Shown: positions 12,031-23,790, counted from the first letter of the stretch. The stretch: DNA of 47,043 bases from Dimorphilus gyrociliatus (GCA_904063045.1 CAJFCJ010000108.1:1-47043); one strand, 5' to 3'. Translations and numbers: made by a program. The notes: generated from the sequence alone by a model not told the origin.

Positions 12031-12560
12031 AGAATGATCTACAGATGGCCATGGTATTCTTAAACTAAATTCCATAGCTAGAGTAACATCATCACAAGTT
12101 CCATCAGCTTCATTCTCAGTGATATTAACTTTGCATCTTTCTGCCTAAATGTGCCTTTAAACACTGGTCCATTAACACAGCTATTTATATTATTTGATAC
12201 TTTTAGAGCAGGCGAGACAATATCAGAATAAAAAGTTTTTTTTGTTGAACATTGATTCATTTGATTATCAAACATATAAGCAAAATATTCACAAGTAGCC
12301 TCAGATATGTATTTGTCTTTACAAGCAATCAAATCATCTACAATAAATTCACTTGAATATCCACAATTGGTAGTGTAACATGTCACATCTCAAAATGCAG
12401 ATCTTTCATAAGAAGCAACATTCTCATTGATAGTATTGGATACTTTGCAACTTTCATTGGTAAGAATGCAAGCAGTTGTTTGGGAATTGTAGATGAAACA
12501 TCTACAGTTGGATTTTGACAAACATCTTTTAGAGCATTTCTCCCAATACTAGACCTCTTC
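12030..12560 (-). pseudogene. Tandem PAN/apple-like domains with a nonsense codon and a frameshift
   Basis: WEKCSKRCLSKSNCRCFIYNSQTTACIL, then in the same frame after a TGA: DLIACKDKYISEATCEYFAYMFDNQMNQCS. Confidence 0.6.
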
Positions 12561-12614
12561 ACTAAGAGGGTTGATTCAGGACTGAATGCCTGTTACTACC
12601 TACGCCCTGCTTTT

Positions 12615-12760
12615 ATACAATTCCTTATCAGTTGTTTACGCCTTAGATGTCAACAACAAAGGTCTAACCCCAGATAAGGATTGTTCACAACAAACAGGGT
12701 CAAGAGTCATCATATTATGCAATAGTGATGTAAACAACAACAACTTTGTGTAGGTAAACC
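12615..12760 (+). repeat. Exon-like segment paralogous to 6528-6665 (-); encodes ...KDCSQQTGSRVIILCNSDVNNNNF
   Basis: Manual alignment to the reverse complement of 6528-6665; the reading frame is open up to a GT donor. Confidence 0.7.
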
Positions 12761-13189
12761 CTCAAAGGTAAATTGTTACATCATATTTATGTAAATAAAC
12801 ACTTGTTGGTGTGCTCAACATGTTTGGTTATGTAACATCTTATCCTTTGCCTATAAAAGGGGTTAATTCTGACTGTTCGGTACCATCTATTCCAGAGGCA
12901 ACATCTACTTCAACATTTTTACCATATAGTAAGTATTATTTATAAAATATCTATAAACTATAGTTTATAAGTGTACACAGTCTAAGGAAGAAAAGAAATA
13001 AATGTTCAGCAACAGTCAGCCAGCAGGAGAACAACTTTTATCCTGGAAAGACATCACATTCACATGAAAGAGTACCAGATCTTCAAAAGAAAATAATGAT
13101 CAGGAATGAATTGGAAATACTTGCAATAGAGATATTAATAGTTCAAGAAAACGTTTAGCTGAAAATGTTCTGGTAAAACATTGAAATTC

Positions 13190-13400
13190 TAGTGAAGCTA
13201 TTCCAACTCTGGATAATTATACAAGAAATAAGTTTAGAAAAAGCTGAACTCCATAGTATTCACCTTGATCTGGTTAAAACTTTTATACCTAATGATTTAT
13301 ACAAATGGATATTTGTATGGAGAATGATAGAATACTCATATTTTCAACATCAAAGCAATTTGAGTTATTATCTAAAGGTAAAATATAATATGTTTGAGTT
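13190..13400 (+). mobile_element. Highly degenerate non-LTR retrotransposon RT fragment (R2/Hero-like)
   Basis: LWIIIQEISLEKAELHSIHLDLVKTF resembles the IWxxIQxAKxxKxDLHVVWLDLxNAY RT motif. Confidence 0.35.
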
Positions 13401-14039
13401 TGTTTTGTTGATTATTTGTTACATACTAATTGTAGGAGTTTCTTGTTCATTACAACAGTATTCATCCTTTCCAATCACTTACTTTCATCAATGATTAAAT
13501 AAAAAAAGAGATTCAAACTTTCCATTTTACTTATTTGCTGAACTAAAAAGAGAAACTGACTCAATTTCTATTATAGAGAAATTGTTAGATAAGAGAAAAA
13601 TTGTAATAGTTCGAAAGAAATCTATTCCACAATTCAAAAGGAAATCTTAGCAATTTGGGAAAACATCAACGCTGGTGAAATTACAGCAAGTCAACTTCTT
13701 GAAATGACCTCTGAAGTGCATTATTAACCTTTTTTTTTAGCATTTTCTATAGTACATTAATGTCAAACTATATTTCAATTAATTTGGAAAATCTGTTAGA
13801 TAAAGCTATTATTTCAATTAACTAAATAATAAAAGCTTTCTAAAGTTTTACTATATCGAAATATCAGAATCTTTTATAGCATCCTAAACCAATTGTTACC
13901 AGTATGGAACATTCTTTCAGCATATTTTTAATCTCCTTATCTTGTTCTTCATTTGAATAACAGTGGTCTAAACACAGATTCTTCAGAGTGGTCAATGACA
14001 TCAAAAATATCTCAACTGGGTACTTTCACTGACCAAACC

Positions 14040-14180
14040 ATAAAAAGATGTGTGAAGAGAGCATCAACAAATATGTTGACATTTTAGTTTTAATATTTCC
14101 TGATCACTGTATAGTTTCAAACAATTTTCACATCGTAAATTTCCTTTTGCTATGAAATCTGTCATGGAAGCCATGTCTGT
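14040..14180 (-). pseudogene. RING-finger gene relic
   Basis: CENCLKLYSDQEILKLKCQHIC*C follows C3HC4 spacing but is interrupted by TGA; more stops follow. Confidence 0.45.
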
Positions 14181-14784
14181 TTTACTTTTATTAGAAGTTA
14201 GTTTTGATCTTGGGCACTGTATGTTTAATAGGAAAATATTTGGATGAGAAGAGTGATAATTCAATATATTTATAAAGGCAGCAATGAAGTACAGTAAGTA
14301 AATCTACCAAAAAAATCAAAATGATCCTTCTTTAAGATACTGTTAGCAAAATATATTTTTTTAAGGGAAGGTGATGATTTTTTCAATGCTTTACATATTT
14401 TTCTAAATGCTCTTTTATCCATTATTAACTTTTGCTTTAACATAGACCAAAATTTTAATTGATTTCATATTCAAAACTTAATAGCTAACTATTTGCATGC
14501 CAAATTATTTCACTTTTGGAGCCAGTTGAGCATTAATATAGACATTACTGGATAGCACTGTATTCCTTGGGTATTAGATCTGCTCCCAGCCACTTTAATA
14601 TAAATATCCTGCAACTTTTACAGGTTCCCTCTTATTCTTTGCCCGCCCCTCTCCTGCCACCCATTTAAAAAAAACAAAGCAAGTATGAATTAGAGCCTTA
14701 TTATTTCGAATATGCACAGTTTTATGACCCTTCCACTCTTGACAGACAAGGCAAAAACTCAATTTTCAAAGATATATATATATA

Positions 14785-15311
14785 CAGTACTGATACCCTA
14801 TTTTTGGCCACCATTTTTTTTTGAAAATTAAATTTTTTTTCAACTTTCGCCTAAGCAAGATGTTTTTACCAAAAATTAAAATGAAGACAAATTATCTATC
14901 CTTACTTGAGAATTATAAAAGCTGTATTTAATACAAACTTGATAAGAAAAATATATCTTTTCACCAATGAGGTGTTAAAATTGATTTTTCTATATTTTTT
15001 AAAATAAGAATAATGAAGTTGCAAATGGTAAAAATGAAAGTCATTTTGTAACAGTATTCGATAATTTGTGAAAATTATTCTTGAATATTTATCACTAACT
15101 ACTTTTAATTAATTAACCAATTTAGTCAATGTTTGCATAAATTGATAATTTTCTTATTTCTATTGTGATAAACAAAGATTTTATAAATCTCACTTAAAGA
15201 TAGATGAGTTGTCCTTATTTTAACTTCTATTTAAAACATCTTGTTTAGGCCAAAAAAATATTCATTTTTGGAAAAAAAACAAAAGTGGCTAAAAATAGGG
15301 TACCTCTACTG
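14785..15311. mobile_element. 527-bp non-autonomous Tc1/mariner (pogo-like) MITE inserted in a TA run
   Basis: TIRs CAGTACTGATACCCTATTTTTGGCCAC and CAGTAGAGGTACCCTATTTTTAGCCAC (23/27 identical); subterminal IR CCTAAGCAAGATGTTTT / AAAACATCTTGTTTAGG; TA on both flanks. Confidence 0.9.
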
Positions 15312-15589
15312 TATATATATATATATGTAGTTGATGAATGAGTAGCGAGTGTAGGTTAAAGCTATTTTCACCATCTTTACCAATATATGCGTTAAAGATT
15401 TAAGGTATATACTAGTAAATAAAGCAGTAATAATAAGTAATATCGAAAATGATAAAGGGTAATGAAATACCATTAGGTTTAAAAATATATATAATGTAAG
15501 GTAATTATAAAATAATGTAAAGGGAATTTGGCTCACTGCCAAATTTAGGCGATGCACCCATCAACTAGATTGGCTGGGGGAAGAACATG

Positions 15590-16338
15590 GGAAAGAGGCT
15601 CATTTAGTAGATAAGGAATGATATCTCTCACGTCTCTTTCTATGTTACTGTGACAGGTGTAAATCTCATATGTACAGTCTGTCAATTTTCGAATTATTTC
15701 TCCCAGTTTATATTTGTACGTTGACCTCTGATCCATGTATAAAACAGAGTCTCAGGAAAGAGCTCCAGTTTGTATCGATCTTTGTGCCATTTTGTTCTTT
15801 TATGAATACCATTAAACAACTCAGTACAACATTTGTTGTTCAAGAGTTCACGCTCACGAGTGATGATAGTTGGGTCATATTCTCCATTATTAAGCAGTAA
15901 TTTGTTCAGCTTTAAGAAGTCCACTGGCGATACTGTCATCCGTTCTCCTAATTCATTGACTCCAAATGATATCAGATGGTTATTCACTAAGTTCTCAATT
16001 GTTGAGATTGTGAGACATATAACATTCCAGTCTAGATAGCTGTTTTTGTTTATTTCGGTAGTGAAAATCATGGGTTTAATTAGACCTATGATTCTTTCAA
16101 TCACTCCCATTTTATGAAAAGAGTAAGGGGAATTGAATTTCCACTGAATGTGCTTTACACTCGCTTGTTTCTTGCAATGGTCGTTGATCAACTTATACAG
16201 CCTTTTAAAGGTTGGTGCTGAGTCTGAAATTATTGACTTCGGCCAACTCCAACTGTTCATAAATATTTGGAACTCTGTTATTAATACCTCTGTAGCTAGG
16301 GAAGTAGTGGGTATAATTTGAACTGCCCTGGATCTCAA
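15590..16338 (-). mobile_element. BEL/Pao LTR-retrotransposon integrase and C-terminal (DUF5641-like) remnant
   Basis: RAVQII.T.SL.T...F..SW.WPKSIISDSAPTF...IQWKFNSPYS..MGVIERIIGLIK matches the BEL integrase core; frameshifted downstream. An LTR-like tract may follow at about 15325-15560. Confidence 0.85.
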
Positions 16339-16989
16339 GCAACTTTGTTGTTATTTAAAGATTAGAACCACTATTCTTAAGGTATAATTTCTATAGAATT
16401 ATAGCTGAATAGGCTTTTAATTTAAATTTTCTACAATTATAGAAAATATAATTATTAAAATTATATTTATAGTGTAAAAAAAATATAATGTATAAAATAT
16501 TTTATAGTGCTATTATACACGTACACAGAGCAAAATGATAATGGGAGTAAGAAAAACAGTTGATACAGCATTCAATATATTCAGTATTTAGGAATAAGTA
16601 CAAGAAAATCCAATGACATGTAATTGGAAATTATATATGATTGATTTACTGCTTCATTTTATTTTTTTCTCTTCCAAAAAGTTAAAATAACAAAAAAGAA
16701 TACAGACATGCTAAGATTCAATAAATACAAAGCATATAAGAGACTGGAAAGTCTACAGAAGTTTGAAAGAGATGCAGAGTATGAGAGGTAATGTTTGTTG
16801 GTAACGTTCAGGCTATGTTTTAGGTCAACCTTGAGAAGAGTTGTACTTTGGGCTGCTATATTGGTGTCCAGCATGTAAGAAGAACCATAAGAACCTGGTG
16901 GAAAACAAAATGACCAGGCATGCGTTCAGAGCCAAAAATAGCCCCAGTGTGGCATCGGCAACACTAAGTAAAATGATAAAAAAAAGTTA

Positions 16990-17240
16990 AGTGAGAAGCT
17001 AAAAGAAGATGTGGAAAAATGCGTCTATACTGACCTAATACTAGCTTCTGGTGATGTAAAATACATTGCAAAAACATTATCAAAATACTAAAAGCCCTTG
17101 ATCTACTACACCCTGACAAAACTGACAACAAATTCAAGGGAAGTGATAAAACAAATTCCTTCAGAAAGGCAACCTGTTGAACACCATAACAAGGTGATGG
17201 GAATCCTGTATGATGGACTGAAGAATAAGATCTATTGAAA
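16990..17240 (+). mobile_element. BEL/Pao reverse-transcriptase C-terminal remnant
   Basis: VYTDLILASGD (decayed YVDD)...LTKLTTNSREVIKQIP...KVMGILYD matches the BEL LxKWxSN and KVLGxxWD motifs; contains in-frame stops. Confidence 0.55.
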
Positions 17241-17916
17241 TTGGAAAATTTTGGCACTGGTACCAAAGGGAAAGAAATATCAGGGGTAAAAGCAACGGTC
17301 TATAATCCTTTATGGATATGGAATATCTTAGTAGCTCATCTCTGAACAGCATTTTCAAAAGAATGCGATAGAAATCGCCCATAGGAGGGACAGAAGTCAC
17401 CCCACTTATCAATTAAAGAAAAATTATCAAATTATTGTTTTTCAAAAAATCCTTTAAAATATCTCTTCCTTTTTGTGCCAAGTATTTGCATTTGACATGA
17501 GTAAAATGTTTTTTTTTCATCATGGGTTCTTATCCAAAGGGTTAGGGAAGAAAGCTCAAAATGCCGTCAATTATCACTCAAACAACAACTAAAGTATTAT
17601 TAATTAAAGGATAGCTAAAACCAGGACATGTTTTGTCTTTTGTCATTTATGCATTTATTAAAAGTTTTTCTATTTGTACCAGTTTGTCAAGTAATAAATA
17701 TGGGTAGTGTCTAAAAATATAATGTTCTCTTTGTATTCAACTTTTTAGTTGAATATGTTATGAATATTCATATATTTTTGCTGCAAAGAAATAAATGTCT
17801 TAAAAGGGTAAAAATTTTCATCATTTATTACAAAGTGATCAATATACTGTATCTATATAAACACTAACTTAACAAAATAGGACAGATACTTAATATATAA
17901 AACTGGATTTTTGAGT

Positions 17917-18685
17917 ATGAATATAAAATTTCTAATTCTTTTTCTACTTGGTAGTTTAATTCCCAAATCTTATCTTTTGGATTATTGTAACACAACATTG
18001 ATAGGACTCTATGATGAAAATAAATTTCCCAACTCATTATTTTTTGGGTATAAAGCCCATGGTGGAAAGCTTGGACATCATGCAAGAATAGAAAAAATTT
18101 CACCAAAGACTTGGTTCACTGCTGATTATCAAAATGGTTATTTACAAATTGATTTAGGTAAATAAACATAATTTTCTAAGTTCATTAAATTTTACTCTTA
18201 GTTTTCCACTTTTCTAAATAGGTCAACTATACAGTTTGTATGCATTGGATTTGTTAGGAGCATACTGGATCTCACCCAGTAATGTAGTAAGTGGTTACTA
18301 TACCAGGTCATTTCAAATTCGTTATGGATTTGATATAAATTCATTAGTCTACATAAAAACTGATGACCAGAATAATATTTATGTGAGACATATTGTTTGT
18401 ATTCTTTTATAAAAAATAATATTTTTTTTTTCTTTTTGAAATTTAAAGACTTTTGATGGTGCGGCTCCAAGTGAATACAACACTACAAAACGCATTTACT
18501 TTCCACATAAAATAACAACAAAATATTTTCGAATTTACCCCAAATCGGGTTATTATGGAGCTGTTAATATTGAACTTTATGGATGTAGTAAGTTGTCACC
18601 AGTCTTTTCTCTAAATCATTTCATTATTCATTTGATAAAATAACAATAATAACAACAACAAAACATTCAATCAGATTCAATATGA
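17917..18685 (+). CDS. Small secreted protein with a single F5/8 type C (discoidin) domain; 4 exons
   Basis: Exons 17917-18157, 18222-18382, 18449-18587 and 18675-18685 join in frame. Signal peptide MNIKFLILFLLGSLI; motifs W......YLQIDLG, FDG, KYFRIYP and NIELYGC. Confidence 0.85.
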
Positions 18686-19698
18686 AAACATTTAAACATA
18701 ACACAAGAAATGCTCAAAAATTTAAAAAAGTAAAATATAAATTTTTGAAGTTAACTTGTAAAGGTTTTCTTTACAATTGATGAGCCTTTAAAGTCTCTTC
18801 ATTTGAAGATCATTTATTTTAATGAAGAAGAAAGTAGACAGATTGAAGATTTCTTGAAACAGGAAAGGAATGTTTGTAAACATTTAAAATAGTTTAAATT
18901 TTCACAATAGCTTTTCGAATTGAGAGAGAAATGAGAAGAAAATCGGTGGAGAAGAATCAGAATCAAGAATGCTACCATTTTCAGTCTATAACAACTAGTT
19001 TTCCAAAAGATTCCTTTATTTATCTAAACTTTCAATGTGCAATTTAAAAGGCATCATTTTTCTCTCTCAGCCATTATTCAGTTGTCAAAACTAAAATCAG
19101 ACAGAGAAAGATAGTTCAATTTTGATACAAACTTAGTGATAAATAATTTATTGCAAAAATATAAAATAAAATTGTTTTGCTTTCTGAATATTTTCATGAT
19201 TGGCTTTAAAAATGTAGAAAAATTTGTGATAGATTAACAATTTTATCTTCTTTGTTATAACTTGATTTAGAGGTTAGCGTGGGTAAAAGCGATTTCCTAG
19301 GCATAAAGTTCATTTACCTTTCAGTGTTATTTAACAAGACAACAAACTATTTGGTTGAGTGATTCATCCATCAATTGTATTACAAATAGCTAAACTGCTT
19401 GACTAGAATAGAATTATGTAATTCTATTCAATTATAGTTAAAATTGCATCCACATTAAAAATTCTTAAAAAATCACCAAACAATTATAAAATAATTAGTC
19501 TCTTTTTAGTTAAATATCCTCTCTACTCTTTTTCTTTTTCACAAAAACAGAGTTTCATTATTTACCACACCTGTCAAAAATTAAGTTTAATTGTGTCATG
19601 TGACAAAATGTAATGACAAGTATTAAATTATTTTTATGGTATTTTAAGTATGAAAAGCTAGACAAAATGTCAGGAATAATATATAATTTAAAATACTT

Positions 19699-19905
19699 GG
19701 GGCTGGTCGTAAACGGCCATAAATGAAATATTTGAAAGTTAGGTTTCAGCCTGGGAAATGGTTAGGAGGAATAAGATAACTGTTGATATGTTCTTAGGAG
19801 GGTCCCATCTAAGGGTTAGGGGTATTCAAAAAGGTTAGGCAAAAACAAGGGCTGGGTTAGGGTTAGGGTGAAACCATAGATTTATGGCCGTTTTCTACCA
19901 CATCC
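19699..19905 (+). mobile_element. 207-bp MITE with 26-bp imperfect TIRs and a 9-bp TSD (Mutator/MULE-like), carrying internal TTAGGG repeats
   Basis: TSD AAAATACTT at 19690-19698 and 19906-19914; TIRs GGGGCTGGTCGTAAACGGCCATAAAT / ATTTATGGCCGTTTTCTACCACATCC. Confidence 0.92.
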
Positions 19906-20100
19906 AAAATACTTTTGTTATGGGCAAGAGAGAGAGAGAGAGAAAGATCTAGAATAGAATTATATATTTGAATGGAAAATTTCACTTGCTTTTAAATTTG
20001 GGCTTATTTTTGGAGTGTAATTTTGATAATAATATATTTACAAAAACAACAGACAATGGAAATACTCAAATTTACTCAAATGGAAAATGAATCTTAACTT

Positions 20101-20114
20101 GTTACCATAGTAAC
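20101..20114. promoter_or_regulatory. RFX X-box consensus match
   Basis: GTTACCATAGTAAC fits GTYRCYATRGYAAC. Confidence 0.45.
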
Positions 20115-20579
20115 TCTACACGTAAATACTGCAATATATATAAAGAGTAATTTTTTTGTAAATTTCTCACTTGCAATTATTTCAAATAGAGTTTTTTTTA
20201 TTGAAATTAATAATAGAAGGACATTAATTTATCTAAAATCAAAGAACATTTCCAAATCCTTGTTATGCAGTTACCTTGAAATAAAAGGTCTGTTTTAAAA
20301 AAAACAAAAACACTATAAAATATAAACTAATGTTCAAATAGAGAACAAAATATCCTAAATATTGATAAAACCCTACTTGGAAATAGTAGTAATACAGTTA
20401 TATGGAATTTAAATTATATAAACAATGATCAATTAATAATGATACTTGATAGGATCATATCAACTAATTATGGCTTTAAAGAATATATTTAACCAGAAGT
20501 GATGTCTTTCATATACCATCAATTTTCATAACTGTTTTAAACATTGAAAGAAACTTTTAAAAAGAAGTTTTTAAATTAT

Positions 20580-21200
20580 TTAAATTTTTGAATTTAATTA
20601 AACTAGATATTTCAAGTTCAAAACTACAAACAATCTCATTTAATGAAATGAAAACTTTGAAAAATTTAAAATATTTATACATTACTCATAACTTTATTGA
20701 AAGAATTGAGAAAGAGACATTTTTTAATGCTTTTCATTTGAAAGTTATTTATTTGAATAAGTCAGGAATTCCATTAAAAAATGCAAGAATGATAACAAAA
20801 ATGTTGCAAAGTGTTAAGAAAATATTTACTGAACAATTTTAAATCTGTTGCCCATTCAATTGACTATACAAGAAACGAGTTTTATACCTACCTCAACCAA
20901 TGTGAACCCAAGCTTTGGTAAATGTATAAAAGGAAATGCATTTCCCCAGCTTGTCAGTTGTTATTTACTTTAAGTAAACAAGAATCAATTGTTCCAAATC
21001 CGTATCCTCTTAGAATCAATGTATCTGTATATTTTGATATACAGTTATGCTCTTAGTTATACTATCAATATGACTGTCTAAGCATGTCAACATATTCAAG
21101 GAGAATTTTGTGAACAAGCAAATTAATGTTCTTATGGATTTTATATACAGTATAGCTTCAACCAATCCTATTGTCTGAGAAAGATACTAGACAAAATACT
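20580..21200 (+). pseudogene. Decayed third LRR-GPCR (GRL101/RXFP-like) paralog
   Basis: LRRs LIKLDISSSKL...LKNLKYLYITHNFIERIEKETF, then IFTEQF*ICC at the position of the hinge motif YFMICC/YFSLCC in the two longer paralogs; multiple stops. Confidence 0.65.
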
Positions 21201-21633
21201 TTCTGCCAGTACATTAACTGTTCTTCTAAAATAAAGGCTTCTGAGTTTATTAATATACACTATTTCCTCTATATATACAAAAAACAAGAATTTTTATTTA
21301 CTTTTTTAATAGGTTAGTGGGTGTTTTTAATAGGGGGCGTTCCCTAGATATACTAATATTGTCGATTTATTTTAATCACACCAATATCTAGCAGCTTTTA
21401 GAATTACATTGATCTTTCCAATCACACCATTTCACTGTTCTAGCCATTCTTTTTTTGTAATTTCCTGGAACTTCTGATGGACAGTTTATTTTCTTTAAAG
21501 TATTAATAGCGGTACAACAGCCATTTTTATATTTTTCTTTTTCTTTCTTAACCTTGTCTAAATGACTTTGCATGGTCAGAATCCAATTTAACGAGTGTAA
21601 CATTACAATGAACAAGCAATAGAACCAAAGATC

Positions 21634-21780
21634 AATAGCAGAGTAGATAGTTCATAACAGCAGGTTGCCAAATTGCCAAACTAGCATGCAGCAGGAGAGT
21701 GGCTTATTCCATTGAAGGCTGTTCCCTGTGATCTTCCTCAATGATTAGTTTGAGATACGGCAATGGAATGGAACAGTGAG
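21634..21780 (-). repeat. Second copy of the LTR-like repeat family seen at 7.7-8.0 kb
   Basis: GTTTGGCAATTTGGCAACCTGCTGTTATGAACTATCTACTCTGCTATT matches 7898-7945. Confidence 0.6.
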
Positions 21781-22993
21781 GATTTATATACTTTGGGGTT
21801 CGCCTCTAATATTCAATCATATTGAATTTGAAAATCTTATATGCTACGTATCCATCAGACAAATTGTTCAAGCTTTTAAATTCTGCCATGATTTCAAATT
21901 TAGATTTCTTGGAACTGTATTTTTAATGGTAAAAAAATTAAATAACTATTTAAATTTCTTTTTAAAAAACTTCCTTAAAATAGAAAGAAGATACAAAGAG
22001 GAACAGTTATCTTCTTGTTGATCATCTAGACATTAACATCAAATGGCAATTTATTTGATAATGTGTAAATAGTAACCAAAACCTAAGTTTAGCTACCTTT
22101 GAATGAACTCATATCCAAGTTTTGGATGATTTCCCAGTATATTCTAAATATGATTACACTGATTTTCAGTAAGATGACAGAAAGTAAAATCAATTTAATG
22201 AATGAACAAGTTCATTACCTTGATTTTCACTTAGATTACATGAACTAAAATCAATTTCTTTTAGAGTGTTTGATAAATGAATGAGTCGCAAATCTCTAAA
22301 AATGTACTTCCCATTTTCAGGTTCTCCCTTAAGTTGATTACTTCCAGTTTAGAGCACTTTTTCAACATATTTTTTAATTTGCATAGATTGATTTACAATT
22401 AAAAAACACCAATTAAAGTCAATTTCTCTTTTATAAACATGTGGTCACATACTGACTCACATTCACTCATAACATGTAATGTGAACAGAACATTAGCATA
22501 TAACGTTCTGTTTATTTACCTATCCCTACGGACTATCCTTAGGCCTAAGATAAAAAAAACCCTTTTCTTGAATCTGCATTGAAATATCATAAATGTTGAA
22601 AAGTATATAGAAAAGTTTTTTTTAGCACAATTCCAATACCCAATAGCTTTGTAGGATGCTGATAATACAAATTAATATAAGTTTAGGTTACTTTATACTA
22701 TTTTGTTGGTGTATTTATTTTTTATAAAAAGAGACGTTAAACTTTCCAAAATGTCTAGGTCTCTTTTTTCATAAACCATTTAAACATTTCATACTTAAAT
22801 GATTGAAGATTTGTTTACGTAAAGAAAATGTTTAGTAATTTTTTTTAACTATTGAACACTATCGATTTTTAGGCCTAGTTATTAAAAACCTCGAAAGGAT
22901 ATAAACTCAACAATTTCTCGACTTAAAACTTTATTTCGTCACGTAAAAGAAAAATAAAGGAATAACACAAAGAAAAAACTTTTTGCTTGTTTT

Positions 22994-23410
22994 TTAAAAT
23001 TCAATCTTAAATTTACTTTTACAATATGCTTGAATTCTTGTGCATTCAATGCCAGTATTTTCATTTTTGCAAGCCCCACATTTCCTCTTGTATTTTGCAA
23101 CGAGTCCTCTCTGCAATTTAATAGATTTAAAGTATAAAAAATAATTAAAAAAACAAACTATTTTTAAACCTTAATTTGCTTTAAATATCCATCATAACCA
23201 AAATTTTCATTGTTGTCTCTCTGAAAGTAGAATTTAGGAAATAATTTTAAAAAATGCGAAAAAATATTCTATTACTTGTAAAAGGGTTTCCAATAATTGA
23301 TATTTTTCGTCTCTTTCTTCCAAATAGTTTAGAAGAGAAGAAGCTAATGGACCAGCCAAAATTTGTGTAGTTAAGAGAGCAACAAAGACAGTGATTAGCA
23401 AAAGTTTCAT
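22994..23410 (-). CDS. 100-aa secreted prepropeptide with a cationic four-cysteine C-terminal peptide; 3 exons; absent from the ORF track
   Basis: Exons 23410-23276, 23220-23170 and 23110-22994, with phase-0 GT-AG introns of 55 and 59 bp. Translation: MKLLLITVFVALLTTQILAGPLASSLLNYLEERDEKYQLLETLLQRDNNENFGYDGYLKQIKRGLVAKYKRKCGACKNENTGIECTRIQAYCKSKFKIEF*. Confidence 0.85.
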
Positions 23411-23647
23411 TTTTGTAAATGAGAACTAGAAAATAACATTTTCCTTTATATACAAGTTTTTCTTTTCAATAGATTAAGCCATACTGTATAGGGTAAAATT
23501 GAAAACAGGTCATTTATTCAACGTATAAATGATACAATAAAAATTTCATATCAAGAAAAAGATATATCAAAGAACAGGAAATATATTTTTCTATTGTTAT
23601 TAACACTAATAGTAATGCTATTTACGTTTTGAGTGGTAGAATTAAAA

Positions 23648-23790
23648 GGCGGCTGTTGAAAACGGCCATTTTGAAGTTATTTTGGGGCGAGATTTTGGGT
23701 TGGGAAAGGCTTAGGAAAAATATTCCAGCAATTAATTTGCAATTAGGTGGGTCCAAACTAAGGGTTAGGAACCATGAATTAAAAGTGGGA
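23648..23790 (+). mobile_element. Diverged, truncated member of the same MITE family
   Basis: GGCTGTTGAAAACGGCCA...TTAGGTGGGTCCAAACTAAGGGTTAGG aligns loosely with the full-length copies. Confidence 0.6.

Noticed and set aside
11022-12950. Hammerhead ribozyme associated with the Penelope element
   Set aside because: No CTGATGA...GAAA core with pairing stems seen near the element; the CTGATGA hits elsewhere are in coding exons.
19854-19868. TTAGGG repeats as a telomere or chromosome-fusion scar
   Set aside because: Only 2-3 units, inside a TSD-flanked MITE present in several copies.
21330-21350. GGGGGCGTTCCCTAG as a Helitron 3' end
   Set aside because: The stem is only 3-4 bp with the wrong spacing to CTAG, and no 5' TC end was identified.
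22186-22227. Nested hairpin AAAATCAA..AATGAAC-AA-GTTCATT..TTGATTTT as a miRNA or ncRNA
   Set aside because: Short, AT-rich and interrupted stems; plausible by chance.
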